Assembly (NCBI RefSeq): GCF_009914755.1
Contig: NC_060933.1
DNA: 64,000 bases
Strand: one strand, 5' to 3'
DNA from: the human T2T-CHM13v2.0 reference genome, Homo sapiens
Both the position numbers and the translations under genes were made by a program. The notes beneath the pieces were generated by a model. That model saw only the letters and a program-made list of their open reading frames with translations. It was not told the DNA's origin and made no database searches. Shown here piece by piece: positions 42,393-56,160 of this stretch (position 1 is the stretch's first letter; the number at the start of each line of letters is the position of its first letter).

Positions 42393-42797
42393 TGTTAAAT
42401 TGAATTTGGCCAAAAGCCGCCTCCTCTACTTTAAGTCTGGTCTAAAGGTTTGTCAGTACCTAATGAACCCAACTTGATGAGTAAACAGGCTATATCCTAC
42501 TCTTGCAGCAAGTAGCCTAGTCTTAGCCAATCACAGTAGCTGAACCACAGACAGACATCTGTTTAAACCTGGTTCAAATAAGGCAAATGCCCAGCTGTAA
42601 CCGATCCAGCTGTTTCTATACGTCACTTCCGTTTTCTGTACTTTGCTTTTTCTGTCGATAAATGTTATCCAACCAAACAGCAGCCCTGGAGTCCCTTTGA
42701 ACCTGTTCTGGTTCTCAGGGCTGCCCAATTCATGAATAATTCTTTGCTTGAATAAACTCCATTAATCTGTCTGAAGTATTTTTTTTTTTTTTAAATA
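42393..42797 (+). mobile_element. MER57-family ERV1 solo LTR inserted in a MIR
   Basis: tgttaaattgaatttggcc...ttcaaataaggcaaatgcccagctgtaacc...cagctgtttctatacgtcacttccgttttctgtac...ggctgcccaattcatgaat. Confidence 0.85.
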
Positions 42798-43180
42798 ATG
42801 AGAAACTAAGAGAGGCTGCATCACTTGCTTAAGTGATACAGGTGGTGAAGCTGGATTTAAACCTAGATCCCACTCACTTTGAAACAGCCACTTCCCAAAT
42901 AATATACCCTCTACCCCTCAAAAACCAAGGCAATTCCTTTAAAATTATTAACTTAATCATCCAGAAAGTACCCTCAATGGTTAGTCATGGAGTTTAAAAA
43001 GTCCTCAACTGAAATAAATTACTGTTAGACTAGTAGCCAATTTTAAGGTCCTTATGAAACACAACTTTTGAGGAGAACTGGTCTTTTGGAATTTGGTCTT
43101 GGTGAGGCAGGAGTGGGAAGAGGAGGGAGAGGACAGAGGTGACTAAAGCAATGGTCTCTCTAGAACTTGACATTCACAAG

Positions 43181-43372
43181 CAGAGATGAGAAACTGGTGC
43201 CTGCAGGCCAAAGTCAGCCCACAGGACTGTCTTCTTTGGACTACATATTTTTAAAATGCTACCAATATTTAGAAACTGGAAACTATAACACAAAGACGAA
43301 TTCTTGCTTCTCTTGGAATAACTCAGAAGACCTGGCACAACTGGACTGAGATTCCCACATGGCAGCAGCTCA
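43181..43372 (-). mobile_element. MER102
   Basis: gcttctcttggaataactcagaagacctggcacaactggactgagattcccacatggcagca (reverse MER102). Confidence 0.65.
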
Positions 43373-45108
43373 GTAATGTCTGCTCCCCATACATGGAAGA
43401 TGCTGTACTCATCTGAGGAGCCCCATTCATTCCATTTATTTATATTGCCAGCTGGACCCTTGAGAGGAAAAGTTACCTGTGATTGCAAATTTGATTACAG
43501 CAGATGGTGGGCACTTCTGGCTAGGTGGCCTTCCTTGGGACAGGTGTTGGCCATTTTAGGGAGCAGGGGCTCTGTCCACCATGGGGCCACCCCAGAGTGG
43601 GGTCCACTGGCCTGCCACCTGCTCCTTTACATTGGGCCATCCATCCCAGCTGTTATTCAAGCTCTGGCCAAACCACTTTTGTTTTGTAAGGCCAGGTGAG
43701 GCTTGGTTGCATAGAAGATGTCTTTTGGCCATACTGGAAAATCATTACCCTAGTAACACTGTCTTTGAGTACCTCATACTTGCAGCTTCTTTGTTCTCCC
43801 AGCCCCAGCAAGCACTGGAGTGGGGTAGTCACTCTTTTTGGTTCTCCGTTTAACATAAATGTGCAGAAGGCACCATTTACTTGTTTTCTGAACGGAATCC
43901 CAGGGAGCATGAACAGACAGACTTCTGGGGATGATGAAGGCACATGGGCTTCATGTTTTGCAATACAAGAGTTTTCTCCATATGTTCTTTCTTTATTAAC
44001 ATTCATAGGTGGTCCTTGAGTTACATATGCTTAACTTTCTTACCTCCTGCATATTTGCACACTACATGGACATTGCTAAATTCCCTTTACTAGGGTGCAT
44101 TTGATCTATGATACATTAATTATAGTGGATGCTTTGGTGATGTCACACAGAAGCACTGTGGAGGAGTGTGTACTCGCTAGAGGAGAGGACAAAAGCCCCA
44201 CACTCACCCCATGCATCCTGAGGAGCCTCTAGCAACCCCTGCTGCCTAACCCCATTAGAAGAACCACCTTGCAGAGCAAAAGCCCTTTTGCCCAGCACAA
44301 TCTCCCTAGGTTCCTATGATGATTCTCACATTTCCAGGTCCCAAAGGCATTAGCACCCATTGGGACCTTAATTAACAATTGTAAGATGCTTTCTAATTCT
44401 CTGAGAAAACTTCTAATCTACAAATGCATGCTTTGTATTTCAGGCAGACATTGTAGAATGTATTTACAAGAATAGGTGACTGCCTACACAAATTCTTTTG
44501 GTCTAATCATAAAAGTAATATTGTTTAAAAATTAGAAAATGTTATCATTATCACCCATAATCCCATCAAGAAATAATCACTGGTAATATTTTGTTGTGTT
44601 ATCTTCCAGTCTTTTTTCTGTGTGTGTATGTATATAGTTTTGTTAAAAGTACAATTAGAGTCATACTAAATATTCAGTTTGTATCCTCCTTTTTGTACTT
44701 GACATAAGTATTAGATATTCTTTGAACAATGAATCACCATATAACCATCACACAGACTCAGCAATTATCAAGACAAAGTAATACTTAGATGCCTCTTCTT
44801 GTACATATCTTTGACAGCTGGTCCTGACAATTTTCCTTGGCTAAATTCTTAGGAGTGGACTAAATCCCATTTACATTACATTTTACATTAAGAGTTCATG
44901 AACACTTTGCATTATACTCCATAATAGATGTTTGTTTCATAGAAAATATTGAAATGAAATGAATGAGCACTATTTGTCTTGCAGTGTTGGTACCCGTTGC
45001 ACACACTGAGTTTCCCAGAAGTATGCATGCTGCCGTTAGAAAAAAATGGACACAGGACTCAAGAACCAAAGCTATAAAAAGGAATTAGTAGTCTTCCTTT
45101 GAGTATAG

Positions 45109-45445
45109 CAGTGGTTCTCAACCCTGGCTGTGCATTAGAATTATCCAGGGAACATAAAAAAATAGAATGGCAGTGTCTCACACTAGAACAATTGAATCTG
45201 AAGTTCCTCAGATGATTCTAATGTACAGCCCTGGTTGAGAAATACTGGCCTACAGAAGTGATTCTTTAAGTGTGGTCTCCGGACCAGCAGCACCAGCAAT
45301 ATCTGGGAGCTTGCTAGAAATGCAAATTCCCAGGCCTCAACCTAGCAGCACTGAATCTAACACTTGGGGACAAGGGTCCAGCAATCTGTGCTTTAAGATG
45401 TCCTCCAGAAATCTTGATCCATGACAAATTTTAAGAACCACAGGC
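45109..45445. mobile_element. Adjacent MER5B and MER5A
   Basis: cagtggttctcaaccctggctgtgcattagaat...ggttgagaaatactg, then aagtgtggtctccggaccagcagcaccagcaatatctgggagcttgctagaaatgcaaatt. Confidence 0.85.
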
Positions 45446-45504
45446 CTAGAATATTCCTGGCTCAAGGATCTAGCTTGCTTAACCAAGTGGGAAGTCTGGC
45501 TGAA

Positions 45505-45730
45505 GATTTACAGAATCTGGTGTCTGACTTGAACTCAAGTCTCTCGTCTCCCATTTATTAGCTACACGATCTTGGGCAAATGACTTAGCCTCTCTGAGGC
45601 TGTTTCACTGTGAAGGACATAAGGATCTTAATAGCATCTACCTTGTTGGGCTGTTGTGAGGATTAAAGGGAAAATAATGAATGGTATTTTCCAAAAGGTA
45701 GAACTTGATAAAATTTGCTATTTTCATTAG
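45505..45730 (+). mobile_element. MIR
   Basis: ttattagctacacgatcttgggcaaatgacttagcctctctgagg...gttgtgaggattaaa. Confidence 0.75.
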
Positions 45731-46064
45731 CCATCAGAGAACTATTACTGTGGTCAGGAGATCAGGAAGGAAGCCTCCGAGGTGGAGGGAGACAACTGAT
45801 CTGTCAGTCTGAACACCCAAAACAGATGTTTGTTTCCTAACTCTTTTCCAGGCCTAGGCTTGGATTTAGATTACACCTGCTGTGACACAAATACATGAAT
45901 CTCCCAGGATGAGACGATGAGTCATTCTCTCAGGAGCTGTCTTCACACTACGGAAGTGCTGAAAATACACGGCTAGAGAGCCGGGCTTGGTCATCTGGAC
46001 CTCAAAACTGCCAGGGGTGGGAGGAAGGGGAGAAGGGAGGGGACCACCCTTCTAACACCTAGAC

Positions 46065-46225
46065 CAGTGTTCTCAAACGGGAGCCCTGAGAAGCACCTGG
46101 AGTGCTCACTGAACACAGACTGCTGAGCTGCACCCCCAGAGTTTCAGTGAGTCTGGGGAGGGGTCTGAGAACTTGTGCTTCAAACAAGTTCCCAGGTGAG
46201 GTTTATACAAATCTGACCACACTTT
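46065..46225. mobile_element. MER5A
   Basis: cagtgttctcaaac...cagactgctgagctgcacccccagagtttc...aacaagttcccaggtga. Confidence 0.75.
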
Positions 46226-47229
46226 TTATGCTAAATTGAAAACACTGGCAAAGTTCATGAAACTGCAAGGCAACTGAACTGTGACCTATAAAAAGTTTTA
46301 AAAACTAGCGAAATGTTCTCTAAGACTTTCACATTTCCTCTGTAAAATTCAAATTCCGTTTGACATTCTATTTAGGTTTGCCCCAGAGTAACACTGGCCA
46401 ACTTTACAGAAGTGTGGATAGTGACGTTCATTTGAACCCTAGGTCCCCCACAGGGGGTTGAAGGGCAGGGTGATGGGCAAGCCCAGCCTGTCTTGCTCTG
46501 CTCTCACAGGTAGTGGGGTAAGAAATCATTCACTGTCACCTCTCCTTCCCCCAAGAAGCCAACACACATCAATCACTTAGACTAAGAGTTTGTATACACC
46601 ACATCATTTAATTCTTCCTGCAATCTATGAGGTATGGGCTACTTATGTCTCAATTTTTACAGATGAAGGAACTGAAACTAAGAGAGGTTAAACTTTCTGA
46701 AGACACATAGCTAGTAATAAGGATCTTCAGGTCAGAAATCAGATCTCAAAACCTTTGCATTTCTCTTTCTGACCTACACAATGAGTAGAAGAGTCTTTGC
46801 TTCTAGACTGAAAAGACTGTGTGTGACTGAGAATGAATCTCAGCTGGGGAGGGAATGAGGTCATAAGGATGGATGCTGCATCTGGACATGGGTAAAAAGG
46901 GACACATATTGCTGCTCACCTACTCTCCAGCAGGCTCTGATGTCAGCTCTGGACAAAGTGAACAGGAGGCAAAGCTGGCCCTGATCCCATCTAGTTCCCT
47001 CAATGATGTGGCCAGAATGATTACATTCACCACTACTCCTGGCGCAAGGGCAAAAGCCAGGGTTTAGTCCCAGAACTATTGGAACCAGGGGGCAGCTTGG
47101 CCAAAGGACCGTGAAGGTGAGGGCCGGGGATCTGGTGTGCCAGTCTGTGTTCTTCTTCCCCCTGTATCTCACTCTATGGCTTTCTGGTCCATTCTCCCAG
47201 CCCTTGCCAGCCCTGATGACTCCCTGACC

Positions 47230-47905
47230 CAGAACCACACCTGGGGAATCCTGTGCATCTTTGAGTATTGCATGTGCATGGGCAGAGCTGGGCATGTGAC
47301 CAAAGTGATAAAGGAAATGAAGGTCTTATCACACAGGGAGGCTAGGAGAAGACTGGAAGGATAGGGCTCAAATATTTGAAAGAAGGTCATTTGGAAGAGG
47401 AAAGGGAAAAGAAAATTGCAAACCACTTATCCAGGGCCACAAAGCTAACAAGTGCTAGAGTGGAATTCTAGCCCACGTCTTCTGAGCTCAAAGCTCAAAG
47501 CTTGCTCTCTTTCCACTGCTCTGTTCTGCCTCCTCAGGGTCAGAAGGAACCCCTTCCTTTAGGTCAGCATGAAGACAAATTTACATTGCCTAAGGTGTCC
47601 AAAATGGGATGCATTGTCTCAGGTGATAGTGAGCTCCCCAGGCTGGAGGTGTTCAAGAAGAAGCCCGGAGACCACTTGCAAGGGTTGTTGGAGCGGGGAT
47701 TCAGGCAAGGGAAGATGGTTTTCATCTCTGGTTGCATGTTACCATCTCCTGCATTGCTTCTCAGCAGAGTGGATTCCCAGACCCCCTTGTGATTTACTGG
47801 CTCTTGGGTGCATCTCAGGAATAGGTGACTTTTAAAGCACCCTTGGGGATTCTAACGCACCTTTAGGAATTACTGGGGTTTCCTTCAACTCTGAAATTCT
47901 ATGAC
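47230..47905 (+). mobile_element. L3/CR1 3' fragments with nested MIR/MER5 pieces
   Basis: ggagaagactggaagg...tcaaatatttgaaagaaggtcatttggaagagg; agtgagctccccaggctggaggtgttcaagaagaag; ccttcaactctgaaattctatga. Confidence 0.55.
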
Positions 47906-48822
47906 TTGAGTTTTTGGCATAAGAGACAGCTAGCTGTGGGGTGACAGTGCTGGTGACAACAATATTCGATAATTACTGAGGGTTTACTCTGAACCAGGAC
48001 CAGTCATTACCTCACTGAGTCCTCACCACAACCACAGGAGGCAGGTACTACCATCATCCCCTGTTCACAGATGAGGAAACGACAGAGGAAGATGAAGTTT
48101 CCTGCCCAAGGTCACACCCCAAAGTGTTGGAGGAGCCGGGCTGTGAGGGCTGCAGATCTTTTCTCCTTACCATAGGAGCAGAAGGCACCAAGTGAGACCT
48201 GGTCCAAAGCCATTCAGTCCAAGGCAGGTTCTGAACAAAAGCCCCCAGTGGTTAATCTCCCAAATAAAAACTACACAGTCCAGGAAGCACCAGGAGAGTG
48301 AAACAGACCCTCAGATCTTGAAAAGATTATAAGCACTGAAAGAGTTGCAAAGCTCTCAAGGCATAAAGTCTAACTATTTCTTTGGTCTAAATATATCATA
48401 TTTGGTTTTTCAAAATGTAAACTTTTCAATATAGTACAAAGTGTACCTAGGTAAATCTTACTGCTATTCGCTCACCTAAAAATAAAACAAAACTTGTTCG
48501 TTAAAAGTGCTTCCATTCAGTTATAGAATATTCAAACAAAGTGTCATTAAGTATATTGACACAACGGTTAAAACATTAACCCCAGTGAAACTCCTGATGT
48601 GCCAGTTCAGCAGAACCCACCCACGCCTTTCTGGGAAAAGCTGGATCAACCCCTGTATCTTGCAAGTTGTGTCTAAATCCTCACCCACCACGAGGTCTAT
48701 GGGCCCCCACTAGCAGTGCAACTTTAGTGCATACCCATTCTCCACCAAATATGTTTTATTTTCCCTCTTGGGACCAATCACAAAGTTCTGGGGAGGGGCC
48801 AAGTGCAGAAAAAGAGATAGGA

Positions 48823-49092
48823 TTTTTTTTTTTTTTTTTTAGACAGAATCTCACTCTGTCGCCAGGCTGGAGTGCAGTGGCATGATCTTGGCTCACTGCA
48901 ACCTCCGCCTCAGCCTCCCGAGTAGCTGGGACTACAGACGCCCGCCATGACACCCAGCTAATTTTTGTATTTTTAGTAGAGACAGGTTTTCACCATGTTG
49001 GCCAGGATGGTCTCGATCTCTTGACCTCGTGATCCACCCGCCTCGGCCTCCCAAAGTGCTGGGATCACAGGTGTGAGCCACCACGCCCCGCC
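48823..49092 (-). mobile_element. AluSc with ~26-bp deletion between GCCTC direct repeats
   Basis: Sc diagnostics (gtcgccagg, ttggccaggatggtctcgatctcttgacctcgtga); acctccgcctcagcctcc junction; TSD aagagatagga. Confidence 0.92.
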
Positions 49093-50205
49093 AAGAGATA
49101 GGAATTCCATACTATAAGGGCTGAAGCCACTGGGCATTTTCCAGGTTGAATAAATGCCTTATTCAACTAACTCTCATTAACGATGACTCTGGGCCAAATG
49201 GTGGGAGGAGTGGAGGTGGTCCAGCTTCTGGCCCCTCCCCACCCCCACCCTTGTAAATCACCCTTGTTCTTGCTGTAGTCCAGGGCTCTTAAGCTATTCA
49301 AGCTATTTCAGGATCCATCCCCCACCTGCCCACCACCCCCTCATAGTTCCTAACCCCTCATAAGAGATTAGTTAAAACTTATAAAAGGGAATTGAGACAG
49401 CCTAAATGGCATCAACCATTCAAAGAAGATGTCTGGGGCTTTCCACACTGCCTAAGGAAGTTCAATTTAACCTGGGGGTGGGATGAGGCAGAGCCAACTC
49501 CACCTTTTCAGATCTAGAAATCATCTGGGGAACATCAGTTCACTACCTCTCACTGGGCTCATGATCTGGGTGAGCTTTGGAGGAACTTGTTTAACCTCTC
49601 TAGGTTTCAGGCTCCTGAGCTGACAAGACATGCAGCTGAGATCAGTATGCCTCAAACTCTACTGCAGGCATGGAGGTGCTGCTGAATGGTGGAAGGAGCA
49701 AGGAATCCTGTTTTCCTCTTATCTATCCATAGTGGGTGTTTAAGTTCTCGGTAGAATTACACTTGACAAAATTAAAGTTTGAAAAATCCTGGCCTAGGTA
49801 ATTTCTAAGGTGCCTTCTGGACCTAACATTCTATGGCTCTGACACTCTATTTCCCACAAAAATAAATGGCTGTTGCCTCTCGGTGTTGCCTCCCCAGTCC
49901 CTGCTGATCTGAGGACTGCTAAAGACTTAACACATCTTCCCTGAGGCTGGAGTCCTGGGGCTACAAGTCTGTCTCTGCCAAAAGACTGAGAAGCTGCCTA
50001 CATTTTCTGTGCTTCTTGGGACCCTGAGAACCCTGAGTGGCCCTGGAATTCTGCTAAGTGCCTATGGAAACCAAGCCAGATGTGGATAGCAGAGAACTGG
50101 GTGTAACGGCAACACCAGTCATCGCACTCTAGGCTGGGCCCTTTGTGGCACTGCCTGATTTTGTGATGGAATTAAAGATGTTTTCCTTACAGGTAGCCCT
50201 AGAAC

Positions 50206-50490
50206 TTTTTTTTCGTTTAAGAGACAGGGTCTCACTCTGTTGTCCAGGCTGGTGTGCAGAGGCGCCATCGTAGCTCATTGTATCCTCAACCTCCTGGGCT
50301 TAAGCAATCCTCCTGCCTCAGCCTCTTGAGTAGCTAGAACTATAAGAACGCACCACCACATCCAGCTAAATTTTTATTTTATGTAGAGATGACGTCTCGC
50401 TATGTTGCCTAGGCTGGTATCAAACTACGGGGTTCAAGCAATCCTCCAGCCTTGGCATCTCAAAGCGTTAGGATTACAAGTGTGAGCTAA
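50206..50490 (-). mobile_element. AluJ
   Basis: Diverged reverse dimer. Confidence 0.9.
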
Positions 50491-51649
50491 GTCTGGAAAA
50501 AGTAACATTAAATTGATGAGGGGTGGACATTAACCTGATACGAGTGGGCATTCTCTAGCTTCGGGCCTTGGAGTCAGAAAGCCTTGGGTTCATAATTCTG
50601 ACATCCCCTCAGTCTGCTCTGTGTCTTTGAGCACATTATTTCATCTAAGTGTCAGCTTTTCCATAGTTCAAATGAGCGATGAAATGACATTTGTATGTGT
50701 TGACAGCTTGGCATAGTGTCGGGCACTGTAAATGTTATTGTTATTATTGCCACCACTTTGTACTAGGTCAATTCCTCGACAGCTTTAATATGTGATGAGT
50801 ACTGAAAAAAGCAAAAAAGTTAAGGGGCTCAAAGACACCCAGCTGTGTGGAACAACCACTGCTTCAGATATCAGATCGATTCTCTTTCTACACAGCCTTC
50901 TCTGCCTAAAGCCCCAGGTTCCCCTTAACACACTGAGTAGGATCAACTGTTCCTAGTTATTCCTGGTGCCCTGACTCACTCTTTCATCCAGAAGCTAGAA
51001 AGATGTGTGCTGTTTAGAAGATCAGGGCCAATCCTTCTCCAACCCCCTTCACCCCCATGGCTGAGGGTGGAAAAATGCACCTAATCAATCCGGGCATGTT
51101 GTGAGTTCCTTCACCATGATTCAGACAAACAGGTCCGTGGCTCCTACCTAGGCTGAGAAAAGACCAGACCAAGAATTCAGTGGACCTTGCCCTCCCAAGG
51201 CATAATAAAAACCCGATAAATGTGATCTTGCAGTAAGATATGCCTCTCTGGTGTGAAATGAGAGGTGAAGGTGATATATATATATATATATCCATCCAGG
51301 GGCCACTTGCTATGTTATTCACTGCAGAACTGGTGCTTTTTGCAGTTCCCTGAGGGGTATGAAACTGCCAGTGCTTCCCTCTCCCCTACCCAATCCAATT
51401 AAATCCCCACTTCAAAGCCCCACAATAATCTCATGAACTTCCAGGACTTAGTGCTATGCGGTCTTTATGTGTTAAAGATATGAATGATGAAACAAATAAA
51501 ACTAACAAGCAAGAAGGTATTTGGGGGAGAGGAGAATAAATTGATTAGTAAGATCATAAGAGAGAGTTTAGCAGGGAAAAGAATGTGGGGGGAGAAGAAA
51601 ATGTCCATCAATAGACACTTATTGTGTGGCAGCCACTGTTTAGACCTGA

Positions 51650-52030
51650 AGGTGAGGGGGTTAAGAGCGTGGATCTAGGACTCCCAGCCTACCCATGTTC
51701 ACACCCTGCTTGCACATGATCACTTGGACAAATTATGCAACCTCTCTGTGCCTTGGAGGTAATAACAGAACCTCACCCACAGGGCTGTCATGGCGATGTC
51801 AAAAATTCATATATATGGGAGCCCTTACAACAGAGCCTGGTGCATAAAAAGTGGTACAGAAGAATTTGCTATTATTAATAAAGTTTCTCATTTAATCTCT
51901 CCCTCTCATTTCTGCCTTTATGAAGTGGCAGGGTTCAGGTTTTATAGTTGGAGAAACTGAAGCACAAATAACTTATGTGGGTAGGAAGTTGAAGTTTGGG
52001 AGTTCAAACTCAGGCTCAAATGATTCTAGA
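51650..52030. mobile_element. Two MIR fragments (plus then minus)
   Basis: ttaagagcgtggatctagg...cttggacaaattatgcaacctctctgtgcct..., then ttttatagttggagaaactgaagcaca...ttcaaactcagg. Confidence 0.65.
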
Positions 52031-53079
52031 CAAATAACAGAGATTCATGAAGGTTACATGAGAGAGGGCCAGATAACCTGTTGAAGGAATTGACAGAATG
52101 GACTTGGGGTGGCTCCTGGGTCAAGTCAAGAAGGACAAGCTGCTTTTTTATATGTGGATATGGGTGTAGAGGGATAACTAGTCCTAGAAGCAGATTGTTT
52201 TCCCTTTAAATCAGGACAGAGCTGCTCTGTGAACCCAGTAGGCTGGTGCCTTTAAAGAGTGTCTGGGAGAGATCTATGTAAATACATTTCCTGTTCAGGT
52301 GCTAGCACACTGCATTGTTCATTTATTATTTATACTGCGCTCTACCCAAAACATAGTGGGTACTTATTAAATGGTTGCAATTACCTTACCTATGTTGGCA
52401 TGAGATTAAATTTATTGTATTGTCTAGCATTTCCCCAAAGTTTGCTCTGGATATAGCAAGATGTTCCTTAAAAAAATAAAGTGAATCATAGTTAAATAAA
52501 ATGCCATTTACTCAAGCCCCTTCCAGGAAATTTCCTGGTATAGATAAGCATTATAAAGGCTCTGAGAAATTCTACAGTAAAGAAACCTGCTTATTTTCAA
52601 TGTGGTGTTTCCCAAACCTACTTAGCCACAGAATCCTTTTCTATATAATAGAAACTTTGGGGAATATTGAAGTTACCCAACTAAACTTTCACAGCCCTGC
52701 AAGGGAGGAATTATTATTCCCACTTTCCAGGGAAGCTCATCTAGTAGGTCATGGAGCCACGGTTAGACACCCACATCTCTGCCTCTGGAACAAGGACTGG
52801 GCCTAAGTTCATACACTTTTTTTTTAAACTATAAACTTAAGGAAACAAACTACTATCATTTTTCATGAATGGTTTAAGTGCACACCTGTCTAAAGCTGAG
52901 AAACAGACCAGAAGCTGACCTCTGATGGCATTTGGTATTGGTTCCAGAGATGGGACTGAGGAGATCCTGTTATTTCAGAGCTCAGTAATTCAAACAATCT
53001 CAATCCATTCATCTTGGCAACTAGCTGGCACACCCCTCACTGGACTAATGAAAAAAATCTGGCCATTTGACAGCAAAAT

Positions 53080-53187
53080 CATTCTTATTAAAACAATTGT
53101 TCCAGAATTCATTCTTCCACAGAACTCATTCTTCCAGAACAATTCTTCCAGAACAATTCCAGCAGAACTCATTCTTCCACAGAAAAC
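53080..53187. repeat. Degenerate tandem repeat of AGAAC(TC/A)ATTCTTCC(AC) units
   Basis: About 6 imperfect 14-17-bp units visible. Confidence 0.8.
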
Positions 53188-55924
53188 AGTGGAGGTGAAC
53201 GTGCTTTAGGACTGGAAGGCAGCAATGCTCTTTCCCCAATGGCTCCCTCCAGTATTTCCCTGGCATGGCTGGGTGTCAGACGGAAGCATCTCTGTCCCCC
53301 ACACCTGCCAAATGCCTCTCTGCACAGTAGCCCAGCTGTTCTGCCAGTGAGTAGCATCAGGAACTGAGACGGGTCCTTCTGGCCCATGGCACCACCTGTG
53401 CCTTGGGGGAGAACCTTGGGTGAGGGTGAGACGCTGAGCCTGGTCCTTGCCCAGCAGCCCCAGCCTCCAGTCCCTCTGCCAGGAACTTGGGTCATGTCTC
53501 TCACAATACGTAGGTTGGCCAGGCAGTCCCTGTCAAGAGGAAGCAGGATGAACATTTGGGGACAACTAAGGGATGGAGATAGGCACCTTATCCTAGAAAG
53601 TAGCATCAAGTCAAAGCTGTTTAATTATCGTTGCATGGCCCTGCTACAGGGCAGGAAGCAGGAAGGCAAGGGGATGAGGAGGGGGGCAAAAGGAGGGTCT
53701 TTAGAAGTCATTTGCCTGAACATGTTTTCTTGCGGAATTTCCTCTGTAGGGTTTAACATACTCCTCTGAATTCTTATATTCACGTAACTTTTTTTTATAG
53801 CAAAGTAGGACACACAAAACAACAGTGATTCTTTTTTGCCAAGGCATATCAACCTGATCAACAATTTATTGAGCACTTCCAAGTGTCAGGCCCTGTACGA
53901 GGTAACCATGAGACAGAGTGACAAATAAGATAAACGGAGGAGGTAGGTCAGGACTGACTGGTGGTTTTGAAACTGTATTCTGGAGGTTTTACAAAGGTGC
54001 CTAAGGGGCCTTGGTGAGGTGTCAGGGTGGTGAGGGGTTGAGAGGGTGGGGTCCTCTCCTGCATACCTGCCCTCTCTCTCACTCTGTCTCTCCCCACCAA
54101 CTTAAACAGCTCTGTTCTCTGTGTTTTCTTGCAGGGAGAGCTGTTGGGAGACTTAATTTATTAATGTCTATAAAGCCTTCAGGAATTTTTGAAGGTACTT
54201 TCTGCAGGGCAGGTCCAGGAACGGGACTCTTATTAATCATGCAAAGAGAGATGCCAATATTGATTGCCCTAATGGATTCTGGCAGAGAAAACACACTTGA
54301 AGTTAATTGTTTACTGAGAGCTTTCAAGCAGTGCAAGCACTGGCCAGACCTGGCACTTGCTCAAGCACCTACTTGCTCCTTTTGACAGTTTGCTGTGGCA
54401 GCTGCTAGGACAAGCCCTGGAGCACCTTGAGGTTTGGATGCTTCTCATGCAAACTCAATGAAGGGTGCCTCCAGGCCTTGTGAAGAGAGGGAATGAAGAA
54501 GATTCGCTGACACTTTGCCCTCAGACATGTCTAGGGAGATCTGCAACCTGCTGAGCACTGGACACCTGGGTTGCTGTGCAGACATGTGCAAGAAGCACAT
54601 GGACAAGCCATCCTGCTGCTGCTTTTCCTTGGGCTTATGATAGTCATAGGCAGGAGGCAGCTCATAGAAGACACTGGGTGCCCAAGAATGAGTCCAAGTT
54701 TCGAGTCTGCCTCCCTTGCTGCCTCATTTGTGACTTTGGGCAGCCGACTTCTCTTTTTAAGCCTGTATTTTCTCATGTGTAAATCAGGGGACAGTGACTG
54801 TTCCTATATCATGGGATTGAGGGGTTTAATTATTCATGGAAAATGATAAGCACATGGTAAGTGTCCATTTCAGTATTATCATTATTATTGACACATGGGA
54901 GAGGAACGATTCAACAAAGCCAAAGGAAATGTTCAGTAACAGCAACAACCCATTTGACAGTCTTGGTCTGGGAGTAATGCTTGTCAAAATGAAAACTAAA
55001 GCAGATTAAAGGACCTGCTTTGTTGATGCAAATTTTCGATCTTCTCAGGAACAGCACGAATAATTTTTTTCTTCACATGCTAGAATGCATAAATCTAAAA
55101 CTTCTCTCCTTAGAGAGATTCACCAGATGGAAGCGCTTTTCAAAGGAATTTCAAAATCTATATATGTAGCACAAACAGGGTCATGTGGAACACTGTACCA
55201 GTTGTCATCACATTCTTGATGGCCCTTAAGGCTCAGTCTGCCTGAGTTCCACTGATATTTTATGAGCTACAGGAATTGCATTCAGAGCACATCTTGAAGG
55301 AAAATGTCATGAACTTATCTTTCCAGGGGCCAAGGCAGCAATCAAAGTATCAGCTCACAACTCTTGTGTTATATCCCTCATTCAAGCACATTCCTCTCTG
55401 CAATCTACTTGCTCCTGGAGGAGTTTCTGGAAGAAGTGTGAGCTCTCATCCCTCCTAAGGCATGTGAACGCAGCACACCTGTAATTTCACAGCTGCCTGC
55501 AGTTGCCACAGTAATGCAAATGTTTGTGTTGGCTTCTCCGTGAACTCTGGAAATAGCAGCAAAATGTGGCAGAGTTGCTTCTGCGTACCAAAATAAAAGT
55601 TACAAGCTTGTGAAAATGAATCACTGTGACTTAATGAAATCTGTGGCCTAAATGTGTGCTTGCTGAGAAAACTGAAGTTGGATGCCTCCTTTAAACAGAA
55701 TGAAAGGGGAGACATGAATGAATAAATGAATAATCATTCATTTAAAATATTTATCATGGGTAGGAATCATGATTTCTAAAATTCTGTGGGGATTTTCTAC
55801 TGAAGGGACTTGGTAAATTTACAAGTGTAATTAAGGATTAAAGGTGATGAGTCTTAACAGGCAGACCATTTTATACACACCTGCCCCATATTCTCTCATC
55901 AGATGCCTATCCCTCTTTTGGAAA

Positions 55925-56160
55925 TAGTAAAGAGCCTGGATCTGAACCCAGCTTTGCTGTTTCCCTGTGTAAGCTTGGGTAGGTCACTGCACTTCAGTTT
56001 CCTCATCTGTAAAATGAGAATCATAATAATAGTGCCAAAGTCACTGTGCTGCTATAAGGAATTCAATAAGCTAATATGTTAAAAATATTTAGACTATGTA
56101 TGGCAAATTCCTATATAAATGTTAGCTGCTGCAACTACTATTATTATCATTATCATAATT
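55925..56160 (+). mobile_element. MIR
   Basis: cttcagtttcctcatctgtaaaatgagaatcataataat...ataaatgttagctgct. Confidence 0.8.

Noticed and set aside
46861-47295. 144-aa ORF in a GC-richer segment, considered as a processed pseudogene
   Set aside because: I could not match any frame to a known protein, and there is no poly(A) tail or TSD; its right end overlaps L3/CR1-like sequence. A BLASTX/BLASTN search would settle it.
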